Of a DNA stretch of 64,000 bases, positions 1-12,487 are shown one piece after another. How positions within the stretch are numbered: position 1 is the stretch's first letter; each line of letters starts with the position of its first letter. The notes beneath the pieces are model-generated. The model saw only the letters and a list, made by a program, of their open reading frames with translations, did no database searches and was not told the DNA's origin. The stretch comes from Balanoglossus misakiensis (lineage: Eukaryota > Animalia > Hemichordata). The DNA is taken from contig CM082595.2 of assembly GCA_040954595.2 (NCBI GenBank), positions 3,271,943-3,335,942 on the forward strand. Direction: 5' to 3'. A program made the translations under genes and the position numbers.

Positions 1-3000
1 AAGCCATGGTGGCCGAGGCCCTCAACTCTGGGTGGGAGTACTTGGTGCTGTTGGAGCATATGGTCATGATCAGCGGCGAGAACAAGGCCAGCAGATTGGA
101 ACCTAATGAGCAATAGAACATACGACATGAAACGTAAAGCTTCTTTCCTGTGTAGACAACAGTATTCTATGAGATTCATAGCTACAGAACATGGCAGAAT
201 TTGCACCACTGAGCCACATGGCTGGTCAGTCATAAACCCTCACCTGTAACAATATCATTATCCAGGATTTTCTTCATGTACTCAGCCTCTGTGTCATCTG
301 CCACAGCTCCTGTCAGTCCCATCTCTTCTTCCATGCTGGGTTCAGCCTGAAAAATCATTGGCATGAGACTTTTCAAAATGCTTTCAAATAACATTTCTCC
401 TAAATTTATACAGTGATGTATTGTTTTGTACAGGATTGATCATTTCACATGACTAAGTTCTGTCAAAAGGCTACAATAAGCAAATCCAAAACTGATCAAA
501 TAATTTTCAGATTAACCCATTACCTTTGTCTTGTCTTTCTCACTTTTCTTCTTTGCGGTAGCTGCTTCTTTCTCATTTTCTTTGATGGCACGTCTGCGTT
601 TCAGCTCGGCCAGAATGCTGACGTCGAGGTGATAGAGCTGCCGGAACGCTACGTGTCCGATCACAGCAAACAGGCGAGTCAAGAGGGCAGGGTGGCAACT
701 CAGATCTCTGTCTTCATTCTCGTTGTCACCAGCACCTTCAAAAACAATTTGTAGTTGCGATTTTATTATACCTTCCAAGTTCCCCTCTCCCCAAACAATA
801 TACATATATGTATGCCTGCCAGGCAAACATACTCCATTCTCATGCAGTACCAAGATTGGTCGGAATGAGTCATGTGATTAGAAAATATAATGGCTATTTC
901 CCTAGGGGAATAGTGACATCACCTATTTGCATACCAACACCAGGAAAACACTGCAACAAATGTTACCTTTCTCGATCGTCTTCATAAGCACACTGATCAA
1001 CTTCTTGATGATATCACCGCAGATGACATCAGGATGTTCTCCGAGTCCATAGATGACATTGACAGCCTGCTCCGCCATGGCAACCCAGAACTTGTCATCC
1101 AGCTTCTCAATGCCTGACAGCAAGTGAAAAGAGAAGTTATCTTTAGTCAACAGGAGAATCATCAATACAGATCTGCAATTCTTTTAGATGCATCATGGTC
1201 TCTCCATGTGTGGAGGCACCTTGGATACACAGACAAGTACAAAGATTACTGATATCGAGACTTAACAACGCAATGAAAGATGTTAGTCATACATTGTCCA
1301 AGAATGCTACGACCACTCACCTTGGACCATTAGGTCAGCCAGTTTTGTGAACATCTCGTGATCCATTGGAAATCGTAAGGGTTCCTCTCCGACAGAGCCT
1401 TTTGCCTAATACAACAACAACAACAACAACAACAACAAAACATGAGCATCTAAGAAGTGATGGCTTTCCAGGAGTGAACTTCATTTTGTCCTTTTGGTTT
1501 AAAATCCCAGAACTTTCCAGGAATGTAACAAATCTCGAAAGGAAGAAGATTTCAACATGTGCTACTGGCTGATGTACCCACCTTCTTGATCTGAGTAAGT
1601 TTGAGCAAAGCTACACAGGTTTCTTTGGCCAACAAGAAGTCATCGCTGGCTCTCTCTCCAAGACCAGTGTTTATCAATACATCCACATTGCTGCGGACTA
1701 TGTTGATGTCACCTCTGGTAATAATGCAAGCATACAAAAGAGAAGAAGAGGAAACATGAATCAATAGCTCATACAATGCAGTTTACTACATGTATATGTG
1801 GTAAGGAATTTGTCACATGATAAACTCTCTATCCCCAAATGTGTGTACTTGATGCAAGATGTTGAGTGGTATACATGTAAAAGTGTATCGATAATACGAT
1901 TAATTATCTAATATTCCCACTCACTTTGCCGCCATTCCCAGCAGAATCAATGCCACTTTACTCTCATCGGCCGAGGTGTTCGGAATCTTCAGCGTGAATC
2001 TCTCCCACAGCACCTGGATCACCTGGCTGCTGACTTCCTGGTTGGTGACCAGCTCCGAGATCAACGCTCCCAAGGATTTCAGTTCTCCGACGGTGGAGCC
2101 CACGGTCAGCGCTGTCAGGTTCTTCACAATGGCCAGCGCCTTCGCTCTGTACATCAAAAGACAAAAACGAATGCATTTACTGAGTGACCACCACTGGAGA
2201 ACCTTGCATACGGTGGAATTTGGTGTTTATGAATCAAGATCTTCAAACTCAGCAGTGTTTTTGCTAAGGTTGGGGAACATTTGTAATGGATTTGGGAACC
2301 CCGGTAACATTTCTACAACCCCTAATATAACTACATACATTGATACACCCAAGGGAACCCCGGTAAAATGACTGGGGAACTCCGGTAGATTTTACCTAGG
2401 TACCACCCTTAACAAAAACACTGCTCAGGACACTGACCTCTGAGAGTTACCAGACGGGTTTAGATACAGCCTCTTGTAGGCGGCCACCACAGCGTCTTTG
2501 ACCCCCTGCTCCTTGGACCACACCAGCGCCAGCATGTGACGCACGCCCTCCAGAGCGTTGCTCAGGCCGCACTCGAACGCGATGACGAAGAACTCCACCG
2601 TTTCCATGACGTCGCTGGCAACCTTGGAGCTGAGGAGTTTGCAGAGCATGGGCACGGCCGTCCTGATTTGTGTGGCGAAGGTGACGCAGTCCTGCAGTGA
2701 ACAGAGGCAATTGGTAACTGTAACCTGACCAGTGCAATACTACACACAAGTACAAGGTGGCACATATACAGTGCAGAGTAGCATTTCTTTCATAACTACT
2801 AGTATCTACAAGTCTGTCAAGAGAGGATTAAAATTTCAGCTCTTCACAGGTATCTGCCATGAGTATATGGATCCTATGCAAGATACACTGATACGCCTGC
2901 CATGATAACACTATAACAATCATTCCATTCCACTAGAAAAAGTCAACATCCATACCTGTAAGTACATAACAAGGACCTGTTGTTTGGAGACTTCATTGAC

Positions 3001-6000
3001 AGCTCCCCCAGCGTTCCCTTCCTCAGATTCCTGCTGGCTGCCTTGGACTTTTTCCGCAATGGCCTCCGGATCTGCCATCAGTTCCGTCGGAGCCGGGAAT
3101 GGACTGTCATCACCTTGGGAACCTGGAAGAGAATGTGTTACATACTTTGTGAATCATCAGAAAAAAAATGGAAACTTGTACATCCGCTGAACTAGAACCA
3201 TGATGACAGTGGTACTCTCCGAAGGTTCAACTAGAAAACTACAAACAAATAGTTAAACTTACCGAAATAGATTGCTTTTAGTGTGTTCAGGATGTGCTGT
3301 TCATCGCTGTTCAGTTTGTCACTGCCGTTTTCTTCAGTCTTTTCATTTTTGTCCTCTTCCCCGTCACCACTCTCATCTTCCAGTTCCATTTGTGGTGGTC
3401 GCTGAAAGAGTTCATTGCCAGGGAATTCCTCCATCGCTGACTGGAGCAGCGAGACAGCTTTCAGATACTCCGTCTTTTCAAGCAATTCCAGAATACTATC
3501 AAACACACTGGAGACACAAAAACAGCATTATATAAAATACCAAGTGGAAACATCCTTAGACGAGGTAAAAATACTCATAAAATGATCAAATGGTGTGTTA
3601 CCAGAAGGCATGGAATGTCTGCTTACCTGTCTATGTCTGCACCGTCATCTAGTCCTTCTTTCTTGTTCTCTTCTCCAAGTTGTGACAATTCTTTGATGGC
3701 TGCGATCACTCCTTTTTCCATCTTGTTCCAAGCCAAGGCAGCTTTTCCTCCAACCCCTGACAATAATATGAGAGAAAGTTCAACCCTTTCACCGCCTTGG
3801 TTCAGTCCAAACCCATTATTCTCTATGGTAAGGTTGGACCTCTATAGAGGGAACTGGGGGTGAAAGGGTCAAGATTTTCCAAGTGTATTCTACCTGAAAG
3901 GTAAACTATGGCAAACAATAATATTTACCAATGATGGTATCTATTGGCTGGTCTGGTAGCATTTCTTGAAGTTTCTTCTTTTCACCTTCGAGTTTCGTTT
4001 TTAAGTCTTCGACTGGCAACTGTAATGACAGACAGGAACAGGTGCTATGTGAATCAATGTTTTATTTGGAGTACCGGTAGTCTTAAGAGTAGAACAGAAA
4101 TACTGACAAAAAACTGATAAAAAGTGAAGATTCTGTCACTGAACAAGAATATCACATCATACCGTTGCTGCAAACGGATTTCCTGCCAGGAACACACTGA
4201 TCAGTTGGATGGCATTCTTCCGGACGATGCTGGATTTATCGTCAAGGCGGCCAATCACCAGAGACATGACGTCTTTGTATCGGTTGAGCGGGATGACTTT
4301 CTCGTCACAGATACGATGCCAAATCTGCAGGACTTTACTCCGTACAAAAGCGTTGATGTCATGAATATGATCCTAAAAGTGTAAACGAGTGACGAATTAG
4401 TTAAATTCAATGTGGTATTATAATACCAGTATAAAAGGCAGTAAATGTTCCTGGAAAACTTACCTCCAAGATGTCAAGGAACTGGTCTCTATCGCTTTTG
4501 TCTTTCTTTTCCAAATCTTCTTTACTCAGAACTCGTATCACAATTTCACCCATCACACTGAGAACTCCATTCCGCATGGTATACGACTATGATGCAGTAT
4601 AAAAATAAAATATATTTTCATGAGGACGTTTTATTATTTTACCTCACAATGAAGCGCTTTGGCCAATACTCTAACATCTCCAGGGTGAACAATGTTTGGA
4701 TGTGCATCAAAAATTGCATTTGATGTATCACAGGTCAAACCTACAAAGAGTAACCAATGATCAGCCATTACTGATACTGATAAAACTATCTTGATTTGAG
4801 TTTGAAGCACAGAATACTGTTACCTCTTCGTCCAAATGGCAAAGTAGAACGCTTATGTTGGGTAACATCTCGGCTGGGATTCTCTCTGCCATCTCGACAA
4901 GGAATGTAGCATATGCTTTGGTTCCACTGTTGTCTCTGGTCAGATCTTTGGGATCCATGCGACCGATTTCTCTGGAGAGAGTCACATTGCATTGAATGAG
5001 GTGAGAGGTGTTAAATATACCTTTTGGTTTATGAAAACAAAACCAATAGAGTAGCCAAAAACACCAGCTATACTTTCACTGAAAGATTGATAGTTACCTC
5101 ATGATTTCGCTGACAACAGTCTTCACACCGAATTCATTGACGAACATTTCCACAGCCTGGGCCAACGGACTACATAGATGTTCAAAATGTTGTAACAGCT
5201 GAATCATCTTCAAACTTGCGCCTGTTAAAAAATTATGAACAATACATACTCATGATTATTGCTAGGTGACCATCCACTGAGTCTTGCCACAGCACACAAG
5301 GTGTGGACTGATCTATTATGAGACAGAGGGGTGACAGGTTACATTTATACTCACTGAGTGAATGGTTGTATCTTTTGGCCAGAGTTCCGAGTATCCGGAA
5401 TATTGCCTCCTTGGTTGTCTTGTCTCTAGCGACGTCCGGATTCTCCAGAAGCTTGTAACAGCAGTTTGCGATCAGACTAAACAGGAAAAAAGAGTCCAAG
5501 ATCCCAGTGTTAGTTTCCTAGCATTTACTCATAAGATAAAGAATACCCCCAAAAGGAGTAATCCCAAAATAATCGTTTTAAATTGAACTTACTTGACATA
5601 CTCTTCTTCAACCACTGGTGGTTCCCAGACTCGCAGCAGTTGCAGTTGAATGATTTGCAATGTAGACTGTGTGAAGTGTTCACGCTCTTTTTCCCACTCA
5701 AGACCACATACTGGTTTCTTAGATGGTTTCCTACGACCCTGAAAATAAAAGTCAAAAGGATAAAAAAAGAGATACTATAATTTTCAAGTGTTACTATGGA
5801 AATGTTATTACAAAATTATACCAACTTGTCAATGTGACCCTTTCACCCCTTAATACCTGTATGTGGATCCAACCACTGCATCAGATACAATAGGGTTGTA
5901 CCACCCAGTACGAGTCAAAGTGACTCAAATGAGATCAGTGGTGTCGTGTTACCTTTCCAGTCAATGCAGTGATGGAGGGCTTGGTGAATTCTGCTTCAAA

Positions 6001-7006
6001 GGCTTCAGTGAACTGGCAGAGGATGTAGGACGTCATCTTGATGGCATTGCGGTGTTTGTGTTTAGACCCGGAGTCCAAGCTGCTCTCTTGTAGAACCGAG
6101 GCCAGCATCTCGGTGCGTTTACCTTGCACTGGGAGGAGGGGGAGGGGGGAGAAATTGGAATCAAGACGCTTGTAAATTGTACCACATGCATATTGATAAA
6201 ACCACACATTAGTGCCAGCATGGCTGTCGATACATTGCATACAAATGTACAGTAATCAAGAACGCATGACATGATTGTCCAGCACACATGATGTAACCAT
6301 GATTCTAAATTAAAATTCCGGGTCTGGGATATGTATACATACTTTTCAAGAGAAGATCCCATGCCTCCTCCTTCATATCATTACCAAGGTTGTTGAAATG
6401 ACTGAAAAAAATCACATAGAAATTACAGATGCTACCAGTGAGTTGTTGTTGGTTACCAATTTGTGGTTACCTAGGTGATTGTATCATCTGTGACCAATCA
6501 TAAGTGATGTTTTGCATATTGGCCTTCATACAAAAATATAATGTGTACTGCAGCTATTTCTGCGTAAATCAAAAATGTTTACCTGAGAATACTGTAGAAA
6601 ACATCAAATTTGTCCAGGATGGCCATTGCACCTGCAGATCTAAATGCAGATTTACAATCTGAAAAATAGAAAGAAGTGGACATCATAAAATAATATGACC
6701 CCAAACTTACAAAAGAGAACATTCACTGGCACCAGTATAGACGTTATTGTTGTGGTGACCAAAGAAGGAAATGAAATGTACACATACTCAGAGCACATTG
6801 ACAGAGTGATTGTTAGCATGGTAACAAGTGATGCAACTCAAATAATATTGCTATGGTACCAAGGGCTGCAAAATCTATTATATCTTACCGTGCAGTTCTC
6901 CGTGTAACTGTCTCTGTGTGAGAACTTCGTCAACAACATACTGGCTCGTGTTTGTCCTAGATTGTAGGTCCTCTTTATTTAGAGGGATGATAAATTCCAC
7001 GTTCAT
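1..7006 (-). CDS. NCAPD2: Condensin complex subunit 1 (CAP-D2), 5' part, about 22 coding exons; gene continues past the left edge
   Basis: Spliced minus-strand exons with GT-AG ends. ATG 7006: MNVEFIIPLNKEDLQSRTNTSQYVVDEVL (7006-6889); CKSAFRSAGAMAILDKFDVFYSIL (~6658-6583); HRNAIKMTSYILCQF (~6128-5953); LIANCCYKLLENP...LAKRYNH (~5475-5354); EIGRMDPKDLTRDNSGTKAYATFLVEMAERIP (~4971-4824); SYTMRNGVL (~4587-4464); HIHDINAFVRSKVLQ...GRLDDKSSIVRKNAIQL (~4372-4162); LLSSKVASDVMETVEFF (~2692-2438). These match recalled vertebrate CAP-D2 segments in the same order. Confidence 0.93.
2253..2423. mobile_element. Small non-autonomous DNA transposon (MITE) in an NCAPD2 intron
   Basis: Terminal inverted repeats CAGTGTTTTTGCTAAGG / CCTTAACAAAAACACTG. 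Flanked by direct CTCAG at 2248-2252 and 2424-2428. Internal GGGAAC(C/T)CCGGTA repeated three times. Confidence 0.7.
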
Positions 7007-7329
7007 GTTTCCCCCAAAGTCGATTCCCTGGCAAGTAAACAAAAGAGGTACATCATGCTAGGTGTCAGAGTTACTTGGGTTGCGACTATAAACCACTGAG
7101 AGTCTAAAATGTACGTGTGATTTATTGAAATACGCTTTGATCGTGAAATGAAATTGATCATGATGACGAAACGGACAGTCAGTACAGTATTGATATGTAC
7201 ACAAATCATGATTGACCGAATTCACGATCCGATCGTGAGTCGGCAATGAACATACTGCCTTCCTGGGCACCAGGATTCACATAGCATTGCCATACAGAAG
7301 AGGAATTAAAACAAACAGTGTCTACTTAC

Positions 7330-7455
7330 CAAATCAATAAGACGAAAACCGTGTTTTGAATTGTGTTCCCTGTGAATCCCTATGTGATCTTTGACCAAGG
7401 AATACAAAATGGCGGTGAAATTCAAATCGATGACGTCACAACTCAACTGACCAAT
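7330..7455 (-). promoter_or_regulatory. Putative NCAPD2 core promoter and non-coding first exon
   Basis: Donor GTAAG at 7329-7325 and acceptor CAG at 7030-7028, just upstream of the ATG. Clustered motifs: YY1-like CAAAATGGCGG (7405-7415), CHR-like TTTGAA (minus strand, 7421-7426), CRE TGACGTCA (7431-7438), CCAAT (7451-7455). Confidence 0.55.
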
Positions 7456-8364
7456 TACCCACGGGTTGTCGTTGGTGGCGCTATTCACAGCTCCTAACAC
7501 GTGCACACTGCAGTGCAGTAGTCGTATGTGTTCCAAATAAAGCCATAAACACTGAATTATGACGTAATAACATGATATAAGCTCCAAATAAAGTGATCAA
7601 TTTATGTTCTCACAGCAGGGCCTATTTTCAGTTCCCACTCGTGCGAGGCTATGCACAGAATCCACTGTCTTTTCCAGACTTATCATTTTAATTGTGACAC
7701 ACCCTAAACCATTACAACGCTCTTTTTAAATGTAGACAGAAAGTAATTGATAACAATGAAAGGAAACTGAAAACTGGGAAGGGGTCATAATGCAAAATAT
7801 TGAATAAAAGAGCAAAAATGTCTCTGTTTTAAAATTCAATATGGCCGCCAATCTCCGTCAACTCTTTGCAGAATTTTTAAAATGGTGATTTTTATGAAAA
7901 CAAGATGGTGAACACCACATTTTCATCTTTATTTTTTAAAAGATTTCACACACGATTTAAAGCATTTATTATTTGGAAAATCTCTCCCGAGGGGCGTATT
8001 AGAGAAAACAATTGTGAAGCGGATTTTTGCCATAATTCCACCGTCTGCGCAGTCTCTTGCAACTTGTGAGCTACATATGTTCAAACAATACAGAAAATTC
8101 ACCTGCACGGATGGCTGAAATCTCATTGCAAAGGAATTTGACATAATCAGCTGAGTGGAAAATATGGCCGCGTTGAGATCACTGAGGCATCAGTGGTATT
8201 CATCAGTTGGAATCATTATTTATACGGGTCACTGACTGACATCTCTATTCTTCATTATGAGATTTTGAGAGGGAAGAGTCTGTGATATAATGTTTTTCCT
8301 TTGACCAGATCAAAGACAAAAGTCACAAGTAACGACAAATACGATAGCATCTAACGGAAAAAGA

Positions 8365-9690
8365 ATGATACCAAGTCCACAGAAAGTTTGCAGGATTTGT
8401 CGCCTATTTACTGTATTAATGCTGCTTCTTGGGCTCTGCGCCGTTTTCCAGACACTGCGTAATTTGATTTCCAGTCAACGCGTTAGTTGGGAGAGGGTGG
8501 CCTCTAAACATGACGATCCCTTGAGCCAGACATGCACTGACATCATTCTTGGAAACGTCGACGACGGAAGCCCGAAGACCAGGGACCTTCTGGTGTCTGC
8601 AAAGGCGCGAGTTCTCTCCGACAGGTCCGTGTTTGAAACGGCAGCAACCTGCGAGGATTTCGTCAACACAAGGGGCTATTTCGACAACCCGGTCACTAAA
8701 GAGGAGAAGGAATTCCCGCTGGCATTTAGCATCGTGATGCACAAGTCGGCCCACCAAGCGGAGAGGTTGCTGCGTGCCATCTACAGACCACATAACGTTT
8801 ACTGCATTCATGTCGACGGCAAAGCACCAGTAAAACTTACCCAGGCAATGCAAGCAATTGCCGACTGTTTTGATAACGTCGCCATGGCATCGCATCGCTC
8901 GGATGTAGTTTGGGGTTCCATCAGCCTCGTGCATGCAGAGCGGCAATGCCAACAAGAATTGCTGAATTCAAACCGTACGTGGAAGTACTTGATAAACCTG
9001 GCCGGACAGGACTATCCCCTCAAAACAAACTTGGAGATAGTTCAGATTCTTAAACAGTTCAATCAAGGGAACGATGTTGCGAATAGTGGCATAATGAACC
9101 CAGCTAGAACCAAATTCAGATGGCATGTTGAAAATGGCACATTGCGAAAGACTTCAGTCAAAAAAACTGATCCCATTCCAGGTGGGATTACTATTCACAA
9201 AGGAAGTTTACATGCTGCTCTCACCAGGCGATTTGTGGAATTCCTGCTCCACAGTAAACTGTCACAGGAGTTCCTGGTTTGGTTGAACGATACAGGAATC
9301 CCAGACGAAACGTTTTACCAAAGTCTAGCCTCTCTTCCCAGTGTGCCAGGGGGCCCAGGAAAGCAGCGATCCAAAGAAGTGATTTCAAGGGCAAAACTGT
9401 GGAGTTCAGCGTCTAGGCCTTGTAAGGGTGCCTATGTTCGTGGCGTGTGTATCTTTTCATGGCGAGATTTGCCATGGATAGTCCGGCGGCCTCACCTGTT
9501 TATAAACAAACTGAACATCCACTACGACAGTCTTGTACTCGACTGTCTCTCAGAAGTTATCCATAACAGAACATTTCAGCCAGTCGAATTGAATCTCGAA
9601 TATTATCGGAAATTCGCGAAAACGAGGACATTGGAGGCTTTCGATGAAACTGAAAACTGGGTAATGAATCAAAACTCACGTAGAAACTGA
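8365..9690 (+). CDS. Core-2/I-branching beta-1,6-N-acetylglucosaminyltransferase (GT14, GCNT-like), copy 1, 441 aa, intronless CDS
   Basis: N-terminal type II TM (LFTVLMLLLGLCAVF). GT14 motifs: EEKEFPLAFSIVMHK, RLLRAIYRPHNVYCIHVD, WKYLINLAGQDYPLKTN, IPDETF (catalytic Glu), CKGAYVRGVCIF, LFINKL. Confidence 0.93.
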   Translation: MIPSPQKVCRICRLFTVLMLLLGLCAVFQTLRNLISSQRVSWERVASKHDDPLSQTCTDIILGNVDDGSPKTRDLLVSAKARVLSDRSVFETAATCEDFVNTRGYFDNPVTKEEKEFPLAFSIVMHKSAHQAERLLRAIYRPHNVYCIHVDGKAPVKLTQAMQAIADCFDNVAMASHRSDVVWGSISLVHAERQCQQELLNSNRTWKYLINLAGQDYPLKTNLEIVQILKQFNQGNDVANSGIMNPARTKFRWHVENGTLRKTSVKKTDPIPGGITIHKGSLHAALTRRFVEFLLHSKLSQEFLVWLNDTGIPDETFYQSLASLPSVPGGPGKQRSKEVISRAKLWSSASRPCKGAYVRGVCIFSWRDLPWIVRRPHLFINKLNIHYDSLVLDCLSEVIHNRTFQPVELNLEYYRKFAKTRTLEAFDETENWVMNQNSRRN

Positions 9691-10178
9691 GTGAGTGCCT
9701 TGGCTATGAAAACTCTATTGTAAAGAAATAGTTATCCACTACATAGTAGCTCCAGTGAATATAGAAGTTCGAGACCAATAAGACGCTTTTAGGGAGACCT
9801 TGTCTGATTTTAGCATTAAATTTAAATATTGGAGGTGAAATGACGGGGTTGCTGAAGCGTTGGAGCATCACAATTTGAAATTTATTGGCGCATTTCAATT
9901 GTCAACTTTGCGTGCGTCGATAACCAATGAAAATGCAAATATTTGTTCCAATATGGTATTTCTGCTGGTTGCACAGTCATTATGCGCAACTCAAAACTGA
10001 CGCACAGGTGTTAGAACATCAGATTATTGACGCATTTCTATTGTCATTTCAACAAAAAAACAACTGTGCCAAATTGAAGAGGTTAACATGTATGGCAACA
10101 TTCATAAAAGTAAAATACCGTCATTCTAAACCAGAACCCTGTTTGGCGGAGAGGTGCTGCAAGAACAGGTAATCCAGA

Positions 10179-11498
10179 ATGGTGCCATCTACATTTATTC
10201 TGCGAAGATTATTCAAGTATAGGAGTCGCCGGATCTTTCTGTTCCTGCTTCTGGGCCTCCACATTATTTTTTTGGCATATTTGGGCTATTCGGCGTTCCA
10301 ACAAACGTTGGGATCGGTGACAGCACTGGTGAGCACAAGACGGAGCGGGCTGTGCGCTGATCTCATTCGTGGCCACGTGGAACACCAGCAAGACGTTGGC
10401 GAGCGTGTGATATCTTCCAGGGTGCGAATACCGTCGGATGACTCGATGTCAGAATCGGCGGCGAACTGCGATAGATTTGTCCGTGCTGGGGGATACTTTG
10501 ACAAACCAGTGACCGACGAAGAGAGAGAATTCCCACTTGCGTTCAGCATCATGATGCACACATCAGCGTATCAGGTGGAAATGTTGTTGCGCACCATCTA
10601 CAGACCACAGAATGTATATTGCATCCACGTGGATCTCAAGGCACCGCCGGAACTTCACCGGGCCATGCAAGCAATAACTAACTGTCTTAATAATGTCTTC
10701 ATAGCCTCTCGTCTCTTCAATGTCACTTGGGGGTCCATCACCCTGGTCTATGCCGAACGTCAGTGTCAGAGAGATCTTTTAGATCCTGTCCATCAATGGA
10801 AGTACTTGATAAACCTAGCTGGACAGGAGTATCCGCTGAAAACAAACTTAGAGATCGTTCAGATACTAAAACAGTTTAATCAACAGAACGATATTGTGAC
10901 TTCTTCCAAAATATTTCCAAAGAGAACACATTTACAATACCGCATCAATGGGAACAAAATAGAGCAAACTTTAATTAACAAGAGAGAACCCATTCCAGAT
11001 GGTATAACGATTCACAAAGGTGGTTTACAGACCGCCCTTGTGCGACAGTTTGTTGATTTTCTACACACAGACAAACGTGCTCGCGAGTTCTTGATTTGGT
11101 TAAATGACACCGGAGTTCCAGACGAAGCGTTTTACCAGAGTTTAGCCTCTCTTCCCGAGGCTCCAGGTGGACCTGGATTGAAACAATCCCGCGCCATGAT
11201 ATCCAGAGCCAAAGTGTGGAAATCAGAATACACGGAATGCAAGGGCAAATTCGTGCATGAAGTGTGCATCTTTTCATGGCGTGATTTACCATGGATCGTC
11301 CGCCAGCCCCACTTGTTTATAAATAAATTCCACGTCGACTACGACGGTCTCGTACTGGACTGTTTGTCCGAGCTGATCAATAACAGAACATTTCACCCAG
11401 TCGACTTGAACCTCGAATACTATCGGAAATTCGCCGAAACACGATCTTGGGCAGCCTTCGATCACGAAACGGAGAAATGGTTCATAAATATGGATTGA
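10179..11498 (+). CDS. Core-2/I-branching beta-1,6-N-acetylglucosaminyltransferase (GT14, GCNT-like), copy 2, 439 aa, intronless CDS
   Basis: TM IFLFLLLGLHIIFLAYLGY. Motifs EEREFPLAFSIMMH, IYRPQNVYCIHVD, WKYLINLAGQEYPLKTN, VPDEAF, LFINKF. Tandem paralog of copy 1, sharing e.g. LNLEYYRKFA. Confidence 0.93.
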   Translation: MVPSTFILRRLFKYRSRRIFLFLLLGLHIIFLAYLGYSAFQQTLGSVTALVSTRRSGLCADLIRGHVEHQQDVGERVISSRVRIPSDDSMSESAANCDRFVRAGGYFDKPVTDEEREFPLAFSIMMHTSAYQVEMLLRTIYRPQNVYCIHVDLKAPPELHRAMQAITNCLNNVFIASRLFNVTWGSITLVYAERQCQRDLLDPVHQWKYLINLAGQEYPLKTNLEIVQILKQFNQQNDIVTSSKIFPKRTHLQYRINGNKIEQTLINKREPIPDGITIHKGGLQTALVRQFVDFLHTDKRAREFLIWLNDTGVPDEAFYQSLASLPEAPGGPGLKQSRAMISRAKVWKSEYTECKGKFVHEVCIFSWRDLPWIVRQPHLFINKFHVDYDGLVLDCLSELINNRTFHPVDLNLEYYRKFAETRSWAAFDHETEKWFINMD

Positions 11499-12487
11499 TT
11501 ATCACGATACTACTAGAGCGATGTTGATGATTTCTGTCTCCTACTTTTTCTTTAATTGGTACATGAGGTCTGGGTGCTATCCTCTACATAAGACAAATGG
11601 ACATAAATAAAATGAAGCAAAACAAAACAAAATGTGTAAAGGTCATTTTATTTAACACCGTAAATGTACAAGAATTATATTATTTTATTGACAACCAAGG
11701 AATACACCACGAGGCAGGCAAAGTGTGTTGCCATAATCACTTTTTTCTCTAACAAAAAGTAGAAAAAGCCATTTTGCAACAGACAGCATTGAAAATTAGG
11801 ATTGTCAATTTTCTTGACGAGGAGCTATTGTGAGCCCTTATTTCAAACATAAAACACAAATTGGAGTCATGTTTTATTCTCTTAAAACACCAAAGGTGGA
11901 TACAACTGCAAGTTGTTGCTTTAATTCGCCTTTAAGATACAATAAACCTCCAAAATCAGTCTAAAACCTTTTCTCATATTTTGCTCAAGATAACTTGGGA
12001 TTACATGTATTCTCTCTTAAATTTGAGAATGAAAATCAGGAGTCACCATGCACATTTTCAAATGAGAGATCAAAATTGTCTCAATTTTAAATTTCAAAAT
12101 GATTGATAAAACAAGATGAATGGTACCCTGCTTTCCCCTTAAAAAGATTCCCACGCACTTTAATATAGTGAACAATTAAACAGTTGTGAGGATCAATTTT
12201 CTTAAAATATGTCTCTGAGACGCACAATACCAAAACACATTCATACATCTGACGCTTCGAATGAAATTTTTCGCCAATTCACTCCATTCTGGCCTACCTG
12301 GCCAATATTCAATTACAAAAATAAATGACAAATACCTACATCTACAGACAAGAAGATTTGTTTGCTGAACAATTAAATTTTAACCCCTGATCAAAATGAA
12401 GCTTGAATCTCTTGTATTCAAAATCGCAAATGGGCTTGCTATAAATATTTATTCCTGTTGGGAAATGTGAAACTGATGGAGTGGCGT

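Noticed and set aside
1-7329. Intronic scaRNA U85 (hosted by NCAPD2 in human) or other snoRNAs
   Set aside because: The introns I read are short and showed no convincing C/D or H/ACA box arrangement. An Infernal/Rfam scan would be needed to exclude them.
8416-8955. 179-aa antisense ORF in GCNT copy 1
   Set aside because: Antisense shadow with no motif, and not preserved at full length in the paralog.
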